Source: a virus. From it: DNA of 64,000 nucleotides. The notes under the pieces are model-generated. The model saw nothing but the letters and a program-made list of their open reading frames with translations, did not search any database and was not told the DNA's origin. The stretch lies in the IMG/VR virus record IMGVR_UViG_3300027963_005443; one strand, 5' to 3'. Made by a program: the position numbers and the translations under genes. Positions 49,201 to 58,383 of the stretch are shown here, one piece after another (within the stretch, counting starts at the first letter, position 1; each line of letters begins with the position of its first letter).

Positions 49201-52200
49201 TTACTAACTTTTCGCAATACTGAGTAGAAAGGACCATGTGATACTATTAAATACCTGCCGTTATAAGGAGTATAAGAAGAAGTAGATCCAGATGGAACGT
49301 CTTTTTCAGCATCTGAAATAAAGATATATGAATTAACATTAAATCCGTATATGCTTAAATTCACAAGATTTATACTTCCGTCCCAAAGACACATGCTGAT
49401 ACCGACCTGATAATCATTGGCGTTCTGAATTTGGCAACTTAAGAAAATATTACCAAAAGTACTTGCTCCTACCGGTTTTGCCTGACATATATTGGATCCA
49501 AACCCTCCTATAAATTCATTTGCAGAAGTGCCGCATTGAGGTGGATCATTAGCACAAATATCATCAGTTATAACTGCTCGGCAATTTACAGAGCCGCTCA
49601 CACAAACAAATGGATCTGGGGCTACGGTTGTGGTGGTTGGAGCAACAGTGGTTGTGGTTGGAGCAACAGTTGTAGTTGTGGTTGGAACAACAGTTGTTGT
49701 GGTGTTTGTGTTATTAGACTTTATACCCAGACTATCCCCAATACCGGCAATTGCGGTGTGCCATGTATCCGAACCTACCTGGGCAATGCTGCCCCAGTAG
49801 GGGGCTGAGGGGTCACCCTTTCCAAGTTGTCCACTCCCGTTATGTCCCCAAGCCCATAGTGTTCCATTAGTTTTTAAGGCAACAGTGTGGGTTGCCCCAG
49901 CACTTATTGATTCCCAATCATTATCAGAACTTATTTGAACAGGAGAAGTTTTATCGACCCAGGTCCCGTCTCCAAGTTGGTGCAATCCATTATATCCCCA
50001 AGCCCATAGTGTTCTATTAGTTTTCAGGGCAATGGTAAAATTTCCTCCAACACTTATTGATTTCCAATCATTGTCGGAGCCTATTAAAGTAGGGATATTT
50101 AATGTTGATCTAGGCGGTCCGACACCAAGTTGACCAAATTCATTATATCCCCAAGCCCATAGTGTTCCATCATTTTTTAGGGCAATGGTAGAAAACTCTC
50201 CCGTACTTATTAATTTCCAATCACTGTCGGAGCCTATTTGGATGGGCGAGAGTTGGTTGGGAGAAGATGCTCCATTCCCGAGCTGACAGAAGCGACTCTC
50301 TCCCCAAGCCCATAGTGTTCCATTGATTTTTAGGGCAAAAGCAGATTCTCCTCCAGCACTTATTGATTCCCAATCATTATCAGAACCTATTTGGACAGGA
50401 GAATTCTTGTTGATCCCGGTTCCGTCTCCAAGCTGACCCTTTAGATTATTTCCCCAGGCCCATAGTGTTCTATCAGTTTTTATTGCAATGGTAAAATTAG
50501 ATCCAACACTTATTGATTCCCAATCACCGTCAGAACCTATTTGGATGGGTGATAATTTATCAACAACTGTTCCATCTCCAAGTTGGCCAAATTCATTATA
50601 TCCCCAAGCCCATAGTGTTCCATTAGTTTTTAGGGCCATGGTGTGTGATGCCGGGTTTGTCCCAGAATTAGCAATTATAGATTTCCAATCATCATCAGAA
50701 CCTATTTGGATGGGTGATGATTTAGCTAAAACTGTTCCGTCTCCAAGTTGTCCCTTCCCGTTATATCCCCAAGCCCATAGTGTTCCGGATACAATCGCAG
50801 GAGCAATTGTTGTTGTTGTTGTTGTTGTTGTAGTGGGGCAACTATATTTTAGTCCATAACTGGTCCAGTCCGATGTGGCTATAGAAGAATAGCCCTCGCC
50901 AATTTTTATTGGCGTCGAGGATTGACGAGATGTCCCTGCTGCTTTGAAGTTGCCTCCCCAAGCATATACGTCTCCGTTTGTTCGCAGAGCCAAAACAAAA
51001 TCCTCGCCAGTGCTAACCTCTAGCCAATCACCTTCAATTATTTGAAAGTCTCCAACAACATCACCTGTGACGTACCAAACATGTAACTCTCCATTATTTT
51101 TAATCGCCGCCAATGACGGGGTGTATTGTTGCTGGGTGTATCCATTCCACCCATGTCCGGGAGCCATTACTTTATAACCCTCTCCCAATTTTGTTTTTAT
51201 AGAAAAATTATAAAACTCATCATAGGCTATCAGATATAAATCACCATTGGATTTTAATGCAATTCCACCTCCATCTCCACTGTTTACCGCAACTATATCT
51301 TCATCTATTTTAGTTGGAATATAATTATTTGGCCCAAACTTTGGGCTGTTTATGGAGTTATACCACCAACTATATAAATCTCCATTGGACTTTATTGCAA
51401 AAACAAATTGTTCGCCAGCTGAAACCTTTTTGTAGCCTTCACCTATTTTGGTTGGAGTGTTATAATCTAGTTTGTTATTGCCAACAACATCTCCCCATGC
51501 ATATAAATCACCATTGCTTTTTATACCAAAAGAAGCATACGATCCCCCACTCACTTCTATATAATCTTCTCCGATTTTAACTGGGTTAAACGAGTCAGTT
51601 CTGGTGTTGTTGCCAATCTCTCCATATAAATTTTTGCCCCAAGAATATAAATCTCCATTAGACTTTATTGCTAAGAAATGACTGTGATTCTCACCACTTG
51701 ATAATTTAGCAAATCCATTTCCAACCAATTTATGACGAACTTGGCCACCGGAAAACCCAGGGGTTTCAAATTGTGTTCCATCACCAATTTGTCCAAACAA
51801 ATTATTTCCCCATGCATATAAATAAATATTACAATCATTGGGATTGACGGTTGTTGTTACGGGAGCTATTATAGAACGAGGAATATCTATAAAAACAGAA
51901 ATAATATTACAATCATCTGTTACTGAATTACAACTACATGAAGAAGGCAAAGACTGAGTTATACAATCCTTTATTTGGGATGCTGCAAAAATTTGTAATT
52001 TTGTATTTTGTCCACTTTTATACCCGCCATAAACAAGGGTATCGTTATATTCATCCCAAAGATCTCTTCCTATTTCATCATAAAGGGTAAGAGTGCCATC
52101 GGAATTCATTTTATAAACATCGCCGCAAATTGTAAAAAGATATATATCTTCGCCTGCTCCACCCAGACCTGTGACTCCGCCATAGCCAGCACGGAAAGAG

Positions 52201-53183
52201 TTGCAACCAATTAATGATGTTGTTATATCATAGTTTTTTTCCAACAAACCAGATTCATAATCATACACTAGTATGTTCCAAGATGGGCTTGTAATCATGC
52301 AACCGCACGAAACTATTAGCTTTCCATTACTTGTAAGGCATATATCAGCAGCACTACTTAAGCTGCAGTTTGTTGGTAGTTCGGCACGCACGGTCACAGA
52401 ACTTGTATTGTTTGTGTCAACTCCAACTATGATTCTGCCACCGCCTTCTGGGTATAGGGGATCCTCTGCTTTGGTTGTAATGATAGTCTCATCTCCATCG
52501 CAACTCATTCCAAAATTAGGCACAGAATCAGATAAAATTAATTGCCTTTTATATGACATTGTGAACGGTTCAAAGGACTCGATATCCCACTCAGTTATTA
52601 TTGAACCATCACAATATCCCCCTATGCCATGTTCAAAATCTGGTGGGTGGACACCATTGACGGGTCCAATCCAAAATTTGTTTTTAGTATGAGCTATATC
52701 GATACAGTTAGGATTTGTTGGAAAATAATCTCCAAGAATAGGGTCTCCCCATACATCGTGACTTATTCTAGTTGATTTTTTAGAAGCTATATCATATTTA
52801 TACAAGGCTAAATTAGGAAGAACCGTCACTCCGTATGGAGCATGAGGACCTATGGCTGCACCCAAATACAACATGCTAGAATCTGCGCATGGGGGTGATG
52901 TTGTAGTGGTTGTAGTGGTTGTGGTTGGTTCGCAGGGATCAATAATTTGAGGGTCACAATTTAGGCGAGAATTTTCACAAGATTCAGAGTTTTGCCAAAC
53001 TGTGACGAGGGTATCAAGGGGAGCGCAACAAGGACACTTATAGCAAGCCCCGTTGTTTGGGTCGCCAACCATGCACCTTGGACGACAGTAACAACAACCG
53101 TCCCCCTCCCAATGACCAATTCCAAAAAAAGGATCATCTATTACAAAATAACAAGGCTCTTGAGTGGTCGTTGTATTTGGCAT
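46254..53183 (-). CDS. 2309-aa mosaic protein: RCC1 repeats, trypsin-like domain, Fn3, beta-propeller, poly-Thr linkers
   Basis: [16 protein letters not shown]1 repeats in two clusters; [13 protein letters not shown] / GDFTIG / LDSGSP; W..P...GGSPIT.Y (Fn3); WDG.SW..LG.G repeats. Confidence 0.92.
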   Translation of the reverse strand: MPNTTTTQEPCYFVIDDPFFGIGHWEGDGCCYCRPRCMVGDPNNGACYKCPCCAPLDTLVTVWQNSESCENSRLNCDPQIIDPCEPTTTTTTTTTSPPCADSSMLYLGAAIGPHAPYGVTVLPNLALYKYDIASKKSTRISHDVWGDPILGDYFPTNPNCIDIAHTKNKFWIGPVNGVHPPDFEHGIGGYCDGSIITEWDIESFEPFTMSYKRQLILSDSVPNFGMSCDGDETIITTKAEDPLYPEGGGRIIVGVDTNNTSSVTVRAELPTNCSLSSAADICLTSNGKLIVSCGCMITSPSWNILVYDYESGLLEKNYDITTSLIGCNSFRAGYGGVTGLGGAGEDIYLFTICGDVYKMNSDGTLTLYDEIGRDLWDEYNDTLVYGGYKSGQNTKLQIFAASQIKDCITQSLPSSCSCNSVTDDCNIISVFIDIPRSIIAPVTTTVNPNDCNIYLYAWGNNLFGQIGDGTQFETPGFSGGQVRHKLVGNGFAKLSSGENHSHFLAIKSNGDLYSWGKNLYGEIGNNTRTDSFNPVKIGEDYIEVSGGSYASFGIKSNGDLYAWGDVVGNNKLDYNTPTKIGEGYKKVSAGEQFVFAIKSNGDLYSWWYNSINSPKFGPNNYIPTKIDEDIVAVNSGDGGGIALKSNGDLYLIAYDEFYNFSIKTKLGEGYKVMAPGHGWNGYTQQQYTPSLAAIKNNGELHVWYVTGDVVGDFQIIEGDWLEVSTGEDFVLALRTNGDVYAWGGNFKAAGTSRQSSTPIKIGEGYSSIATSDWTSYGLKYSCPTTTTTTTTTIAPAIVSGTLWAWGYNGKGQLGDGTVLAKSSPIQIGSDDDWKSIIANSGTNPASHTMALKTNGTLWAWGYNEFGQLGDGTVVDKLSPIQIGSDGDWESISVGSNFTIAIKTDRTLWAWGNNLKGQLGDGTGINKNSPVQIGSDNDWESISAGGESAFALKINGTLWAWGESRFCQLGNGASSPNQLSPIQIGSDSDWKLISTGEFSTIALKNDGTLWAWGYNEFGQLGVGPPRSTLNIPTLIGSDNDWKSISVGGNFTIALKTNRTLWAWGYNGLHQLGDGTWVDKTSPVQISSDNDWESISAGATHTVALKTNGTLWAWGHNGSGQLGKGDPSAPYWGSIAQVGSDTWHTAIAGIGDSLGIKSNNTNTTTTVVPTTTTTVAPTTTTVAPTTTTVAPDPFVCVSGSVNCRAVITDDICANDPPQCGTSANEFIGGFGSNICQAKPVGASTFGNIFLSCQIQNANDYQVGISMCLWDGSINLVNLSIYGFNVNSYIFISDAEKDVPSGSTSSYTPYNGRYLIVSHGPFYSVLRKVSNITDHNQEPTPTPTSTSTLTPTPTPTLTPSASLTLTPTSTPTSTSTLTPTSTPTPTPTLTPTDLPLLNNYATNQIRSMLVGKDSKSRYFDGVQDDGLYGLDLFLDFYQNNVNYGGYTDSDATKNFIRNPNCWAYDIDLTCCSPWNMHQTLRLPSPPYAPNTLVQSSNHTHGTLISPRHVIFCAHFRYYPPNGSEMRFITKDNVVVTRTLVDTKEVGIGDFTIGVLDSDVPETITFAKVLPDNYRNRMDTSFTWLLPDLDGINKAILNNKIFVIHSNQDKSIFLSAMNPFVSNPAYFGAARTGEQNQIGFERIGQSIRSLDSGSPYFLIIDNEPIFIGMPLSLFCILIPQVKSAVNQTMLDLGGGYQLTDINLDRFKYVPDPTPTPTPTIVNNIPIDHLAKINGNVVNNIGESFVSGSIIEDITVDLSGNLYIVGKFTMNLPYGEVVNFAKWDGLSWSGLGLFNSNDNNPAAGFGVNSVKSVCFDSIGSVYVGGAFSLGCDRIGCANTATTTTTEPTTTTTTTTTTTTTTTTTTTTTTTTEPTTTTTTGPCTGTCEYICQDPPRNEFMLISSSCSSGCICDSGFYSSYMRACGSEIYSTNGINAIWDCPVIGEYCSVPCVRPTAPVMEQNDVDGTPGNGNVLLGWYTPLWNGGSPITEYSIRYKVETESTWTYVAAPPSSRSLTISSLQNGTRYIFEVAAVNSVGVGSYITARYCSPYGTGCISVITPVAPVTTTTTTTLPPRISTCIVKWDGYSWTNVGDGIPGDLNGTKSIKCMIVDKNDNVYVVGNFRTAGNQGASGIARWDGTSWSDLGMGGVSASSTINSIAIDSENNIYVCGNFTNIGGVSSNRIAKWNGTSWSNLGSGLNGTAYSVCVDKDDNVYVGGIFTSAGGVIANRIAKWNGTSWSNLGAGFNSVVLEITEYNNNIYATGNFTNTGGLYTRVAKWDGVSWSSYLSNNIVINDNFGIYRALKFDVLGNLYFGY

Positions 53184-53210
53184 ATTTTATATATACTTGC
53201 CAAGATAAAA

Positions 53211-54947
53211 CTAAGGGCAATCACCCAAGGATGCTGCGCAATATGTTTGATCTGGGCAACAAACCCAAGTAGTTTCTGAGCAACAACCACAGTTACCAGC
53301 ATTGTCTCCGCAGCATTTATCTGAGGGGTTGGGGCAAGGAAAGCCTCCGCAATTTTCAATCGTACAATTGTCAGGCGGGGATGTTGTAGGCGGGGATGTT
53401 GATGTTGTAGGCGGTGATGTAGTAGGCCCGCATTGCGAGGGATCATCACATCGGCCAACTGTGGTCACCGAACCAGCAGAGACACAAGAATTGAATATTT
53501 CAACGTCATTATCAAGAATTTGAACCCATTCAACGGTAGTGTGACATCCAGGAAATTGAGGATCTATATTCGGGCCACCCCAAGATTCACCTTCAACGCA
53601 AACCAATTCAAATGAAATGAGACCGCCTTCACCGATAAGCTCACTTGGAATACTAAATCCTGCTGCCCTATCTCCTCCGTCGATCATATTATCCAGATTA
53701 GCGGTTCCCAATACAGTATCATTAACTTTAACATAAAAAGTAGCTCCATCACATTGATGTCCACCAGGACAAGGACCCTCTGTGTTGCTATACTTAACGT
53801 TCATCGTTAATTCTCCGGGACAGCACGGACCATGTGTGGTTGTTGTGGGTTGAGCCTCGCAACCAGATGATTGGCAAGATGCAAGGCTACTAAAAAATCC
53901 AAGATTTTCACAAGTTTGGGAAACTCCGCCGAATTCAGAACTAGGTTGAACAAAAATTGAATTACACGAAGGGCACTCCCAACATTCAATTGAATTTGGA
54001 GGGGGATTGCAATCTCCATTAAGGTTAGATTCACAATCACTTCTACTAGAATAACCACCAGTCTGACACGATACAGAAAAACACTCTAAATCTGTACATT
54101 GATTAAAAGACCAACATGGAGCAGGCGTTGTGTTGGGTGGAGATGTAGTATTAGGTGGAGATGTAGTGTTGGGTGGAGATGTTGTGTTGGGTGGAGATGT
54201 AGTGTTGGGTGGAGATGTTGTGTTATACGAGCAATACAAAGCCAAATAATCACTATTGGGAAATACTCCCGGCCGAACACATGGATTTTCAATAGATAAT
54301 AATGTGGTCTTTTTTGCTAAATAGCAGGATCCATCTTGTATGCCTATGTAATTTTCTAAATTAAGTTTATAACTACTAGGTAGCGTAAAACAAACATATT
54401 CATTATCAATAAATCTACCTGATTGATTTTCACCATAAAAAACCCAAGTACCTGTGGGGTTATTAATGTCATCAGGACCTATTGCAAAAAATCTTCCTTG
54501 CATAGTGGCGTTAGAATTTAATCCTCTCAAGAAAACAATTCCCGTACTATCCAATCCAGTCTGAATGTTTTGACAACCGGACGGTCTCAAAAAGCAAGGA
54601 GCCGAAGTAGTAGTTGGTGCAGGAGTCGTAATACAATCTTGTATCAAACTAACCAAAGTCCCATCTTTAATCTTATTTTTATAATCTAGTATTATTTGAT
54701 TGAAACAAGAAATATTATTTTTACTTGTTATATGAAGATCATTTTCATCAAATTTAAAATATAATTTATCATAACCTAAATCAGCAATCCAAGTCATAGT
54801 TTTGTCTGTCGGACAGTCATTTTTAACTTTGTTTAAAGCAAAAGTTTTACATGGAATGTCACAGCAGTTCTGCGGAATTTCTGGGCAGCCTGGGCGGATA
54901 GTCGTAGTGGGTGCTGTTGTGGTTGGATCGCTAGTGGTGGTAGGCAT
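53211..54947 (-). CDS. Cys/Thr-rich surface protein with GPCPGGH domain and shared C-terminal CC module
   Basis: TTSPPN repeats, GPCPGGHQC...NLDN..DGGDR...GCH, terminal CC module. Confidence 0.85.
   Translation of the reverse strand: MPTTTSDPTTTAPTTTIRPGCPEIPQNCCDIPCKTFALNKVKNDCPTDKTMTWIADLGYDKLYFKFDENDLHITSKNNISCFNQIILDYKNKIKDGTLVSLIQDCITTPAPTTTSAPCFLRPSGCQNIQTGLDSTGIVFLRGLNSNATMQGRFFAIGPDDINNPTGTWVFYGENQSGRFIDNEYVCFTLPSSYKLNLENYIGIQDGSCYLAKKTTLLSIENPCVRPGVFPNSDYLALYCSYNTTSPPNTTSPPNTTSPPNTTSPPNTTSPPNTTPAPCWSFNQCTDLECFSVSCQTGGYSSRSDCESNLNGDCNPPPNSIECWECPSCNSIFVQPSSEFGGVSQTCENLGFFSSLASCQSSGCEAQPTTTTHGPCCPGELTMNVKYSNTEGPCPGGHQCDGATFYVKVNDTVLGTANLDNMIDGGDRAAGFSIPSELIGEGGLISFELVCVEGESWGGPNIDPQFPGCHTTVEWVQILDNDVEIFNSCVSAGSVTTVGRCDDPSQCGPTTSPPTTSTSPPTTSPPDNCTIENCGGFPCPNPSDKCCGDNAGNCGCCSETTWVCCPDQTYCAASLGDCP
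54120..54225. repeat. 18-nt tandem repeat (NTTSPP x5)
   Basis: gtgttgggtggagatgta/t units. Confidence 0.85.
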
Positions 54948-55023
54948 GAATTATCTATGAATATAGATTTAGAAAATATCTTTCTTATTGATTAATAGAA
55001 CTGATATATGTATAATCAAATTC

Positions 55024-55434
55024 ATGAATTGGGTCATAAAAGATTTAAAAAATTGCAAAAAAGAGTATAAAACTCTATTATCTTCCACTCCTCTTGGCGA
55101 TGACTATATGAGAGAAGGAGTGATATTAAGCAAAAAAAGAAAAAAAAATAGTTATTTTGCTGTCTGTTTGTATGATAAAAAAAAATTAATTGGATGGTCT
55201 ATGTTGGATTTCTTTTTATCCAAAAATAGCAATTCCGTAAGAACTTATATCTACGTAAAAACAAAATATAGACGTAAAAAATTTGGCACTACGATATTAG
55301 AAAAAGCCAAAAAAACTGCAGAGATAAAATTTGGTAAAAAAATTAAGGTTATACCTCATGACAAAAATAGCCTTAAATTCTTTAAAGCGATAAAGATTAC
55401 TAAAGAGGAAATTGTCAGAGGATATAAATACTAG
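55024..55434 (+). CDS. GNAT-family acetyltransferase; start reassigned to ATG 55024
   Basis: YIYVKTKYRRKKFGTTIL acetyl-CoA motif A; FFKAI. Confidence 0.7.
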   Translation: MNWVIKDLKNCKKEYKTLLSSTPLGDDYMREGVILSKKRKKNSYFAVCLYDKKKLIGWSMLDFFLSKNSNSVRTYIYVKTKYRRKKFGTTILEKAKKTAEIKFGKKIKVIPHDKNSLKFFKAIKITKEEIVRGYKY

Positions 55435-55443
55435 GAGTTCATT

Positions 55444-56478
55444 ATGATTATTTCACAAGATTTTAAATTAGATTTTCAAGACGTATTAATTGTTCCTCAA
55501 AGAACAACTCTTGAAAGTAGAAGCGAAGTTATCGTAGAGAGAAAATTTTATTTTTATAACTCTCCAAGGATTTGGGAGGGAATTCCAATCATGTGTTCAA
55601 ACATGGTTCCTCTTACATCTTTGGCAATGGCAAAAAAACTATCGAACTATAAAATTGTTACCGCACTTCACAAATATTATTCCCACAAAGACTTAAGTAA
55701 AATAATCAATGAAGTTGGAACTGATTACGCTTGGGCAACAATAGGGAAATCAGAAGAAGATATTAAAAAAATAAAAAAGGTTTCTATAGATCTAAATAAA
55801 AATCCAAATATAGTAATAGACGTTCCCAATGGCTATATGGAATCTTTTGTTAAATTTTGCGCACAAGTAAGAGAAGAGTTTCCAGATAGTATAATTTGTG
55901 CCGGGAATGTCACAACACCAGAAATATGTGAAGAGCTTATAATTCACGGGAAAGTTGATATTTGTAAAATCCAAATAGGCCCAGGATCTCAATGCGAAAC
56001 CAGAAAAATGACAGGTGTTGGATATGGAACTTTTTCATGTGTACAAGAATGTTCTCATGCCGCCCATGGTTTAAAATCAAATAAAAGCAGGTTAGGTTTG
56101 GTTATGAGTGATGGTGGTTGCAAAGATGTTGGTGATATATGCAAAGCATTGTGTGGTGGTTCCGATTGGATCATGTTGGGCGGCATGTTCGCAGGCACAG
56201 ATGAATGCGAAGGAGAATGGGAATATGATGCGGAAAAAAATAAATCCGCACTTACATTCTATGGGATGAGCTCCCATTATGCCCAAGAAAAACATGGAGT
56301 TGGCAAAAAAGAATACAGAGCCTCAGAAGGCAAGGTATCTAAAATACCTTGCAAAGGCCCAGTAGCAGATGTTGTTCAAGAAATCTTGGGAGGAATAAGA
56401 TCTTGTGGAGCTTATATTGGAGCCAAAAACCTTAAAGATTATTCAAAGTGTGCAAAATTTGTTAAAATTTTAAAATGA
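55444..56478 (+). CDS. guaC: GMP reductase
   Basis: LDFQDVLIVP, IDVPNGY, AGNVTT, IGPGSQCETR (catalytic Cys), DGGC, MLGGM, FYGMSS, SEGK, GGIRS. Confidence 0.93.
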   Translation: MIISQDFKLDFQDVLIVPQRTTLESRSEVIVERKFYFYNSPRIWEGIPIMCSNMVPLTSLAMAKKLSNYKIVTALHKYYSHKDLSKIINEVGTDYAWATIGKSEEDIKKIKKVSIDLNKNPNIVIDVPNGYMESFVKFCAQVREEFPDSIICAGNVTTPEICEELIIHGKVDICKIQIGPGSQCETRKMTGVGYGTFSCVQECSHAAHGLKSNKSRLGLVMSDGGCKDVGDICKALCGGSDWIMLGGMFAGTDECEGEWEYDAEKNKSALTFYGMSSHYAQEKHGVGKKEYRASEGKVSKIPCKGPVADVVQEILGGIRSCGAYIGAKNLKDYSKCAKFVKILK

Positions 56479-56505
56479 TGAAGAAAATTTTGGCTAAATC
56501 TTTTT

Positions 56506-56581
56506 GCTACTCAAGGAATGGGAGTCGAGCGGGATATTTGACGAGATCGTCAAGAGTTCCGCCCCGCTCCAGCTGAGTGGT
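56506..56581 (+). ncRNA. Candidate structured RNA between convergent guaC and csrA
   Basis: Nested stems GCUACUCA/UGAGUGGU (G-U pairs on +), GAGCGGG/CCCGCUC, UUGACG/CGUCAA; possible GGAAU/GUUCC pseudoknot. Confidence 0.45.
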
Positions 56582-56637
56582 CGGCCTATTAAAAAATCGA
56601 TTCTTTAGACATTGCCCAGATCTATTCCGTGGTTTGC

Positions 56638-56844
56638 TCAATCCACTCGGAGATCATCGCTTAGATCGCTAGATAAATTTTTATTTTCTAATTCAGATCT
56701 GATTACGGTGACTTCTTGAGGAGCATCTATACCTATACGAACTTTATTGCGGTTGTCAATCCTGACAACGGTGATTTTGATATCGTCGGCACCTGGGCTC
56801 TTCAGAACAATTGTCTCATCCTTTTTTCTACTGAGAACTAGCAT
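56638..56844 (-). CDS. csrA: Carbon storage regulator (CsrA/RsmA)
   Basis: MLVLSRKKDETI...ITVV...KVRIGIDAP.EVTVIRSEL. Confidence 0.92.
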   Translation of the reverse strand: MLVLSRKKDETIVLKSPGADDIKITVVRIDNRNKVRIGIDAPQEVTVIRSELENKNLSSDLSDDLRVD

Positions 56845-56941
56845 ATAATTCCTTTCATCTTAATGTGTAATCTTCCACAATCAATATAGTGTGTCTTTCT
56901 CAAAAATTTGACAAAAAACAAAAAATATAGATAATATAATC

Positions 56942-57784
56942 ATGGAAAATATCAAAATCTGGCGACTGCATCCAAGAGGCTGCCGAGTTGAAAAAGCAGA
57001 AAAAACTTGCTTGGGAACTGCTAACTCTGCCGCTGTACGTTGGTGTGGTCCTTACACAAACGCAAATAAATATGGATTTTGGATATATCCTCCAATAGAT
57101 TTCAATTTTATTTATAAAAATGGAAAATTCGAATATGAATACCTAGAAGATTACGGAGATGATGACCACGAAATTATAAAATCACTAATAAAGCCGTGCG
57201 ACAACTCTAAGCCAGATAAATGGCTTCCTGAAGATGGCAGAACCAAATTCACTTGGGGAATGGTCGAGCCAAATGTCATACAAATTTGGACAGGGTTGAT
57301 TTTTCAAACTCCTCCAGGATGGTGCTTACACATCAGAAGTCCTATTAACTTTCAACACACAAAATACCGTGTAATGGAAGCTGTTTTAGAAACTGATTGG
57401 ATGCAATATGACATATGGATAAATTTAGTTTGTAATCAAGATGGAAAATTTGAAATAAATAAAAATATTCCAATTGCTCAATTGTTGCCGGTAAGAAGAG
57501 AAAGTTTTGAAGAGAAATGCGAAATTCAAGAGGAAAATATAAACCGAAATTCAAGAGAAAGTAATAAAGTGTTTGAATATTATCTGCACTATAATAAAAA
57601 AAAGTTCGAAAATGGCGGAAAACAACTTCTAACAGCTGATGGATCTTTGACGAAAGACTCTGGTACTTATCATAAAGAAAAAAATAAAATTTTAGATAAA
57701 GAAATGGAGCCAAAATGCCCTTTTCAACAATCTAAAAATTTTATAGGAAGACTATTATCAAAAAAAATTCCCCCTCCCGGTTAA
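56942..57784 (+). CDS. DUF6065-like protein
   Basis: CGPY..AN..GFWIY.P, FQTPPGW.L..RSP.N, LETDW, PIAQLLPV.R. Confidence 0.65.
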   Translation: MENIKIWRLHPRGCRVEKAEKTCLGTANSAAVRWCGPYTNANKYGFWIYPPIDFNFIYKNGKFEYEYLEDYGDDDHEIIKSLIKPCDNSKPDKWLPEDGRTKFTWGMVEPNVIQIWTGLIFQTPPGWCLHIRSPINFQHTKYRVMEAVLETDWMQYDIWINLVCNQDGKFEINKNIPIAQLLPVRRESFEEKCEIQEENINRNSRESNKVFEYYLHYNKKKFENGGKQLLTADGSLTKDSGTYHKEKNKILDKEMEPKCPFQQSKNFIGRLLSKKIPPPG

Positions 57785-57797
57785 GAGAGGGGGAATT
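57766..57797. terminator. Hairpin between convergent genes
   Basis: aattccccctc/gagggggaatt 11-bp inverted repeat. Confidence 0.7.
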
Positions 57798-57805
57798 GTC
57801 ATAAA

Positions 57806-58261
57806 CTAAAATAGCTGCTGGCTGCAGACTGTTATTGCTGGGACATATGCGCCACTAATTCCCGAGCAGAGCGAATTTGTTGCTCTACATGTAGGATGAA
57901 ATAGTCTAGAGCGTGTATATGTGGTTGATGGGTTCGTTGGATCTTTTTTGCTCAAGCATTTAAATTGTGAATATATTTTCACATATTTTAATTCAAGAGC
58001 AGTTTTTTCCATTACTGGTCGGCCGTTGGCGCCGACAATAATTAAACCATTATCATCCATTTTTGGCATATCAACTATCTTTGAGACGTCCATAACTTCA
58101 TATTTAATATTATCTACTTCATTATCGCCTATAAAATATTGTATAGATTTGGCAACCAACTTATTAGAAGCCCAATCCATAGTCATATCTTTTCTGGCTA
58201 CATAGTATGCGTTGTAGCTATATGAGTAATCATAACCAACTATATATAGATTAGAATCCAT
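57806..58261 (-). CDS. Hypothetical protein
   Basis: Strong SD aggaggt upstream. Confidence 0.65.
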   Translation of the reverse strand: MDSNLYIVGYDYSYSYNAYYVARKDMTMDWASNKLVAKSIQYFIGDNEVDNIKYEVMDVSKIVDMPKMDDNGLIIVGANGRPVMEKTALELKYVKIYSQFKCLSKKDPTNPSTTYTRSRLFHPTCRATNSLCSGISGAYVPAITVCSQQLF

Positions 58262-58383
58262 TCATACCTCCTTGTTAAGGTTGGCATCATTGCCAACTAT
58301 TAGTATATATTAAACTTTAATGGTAATTTTCTATTATCTTTACAACTATATATTTTAATTAAACATAAAAAAGAAAAAAATTC

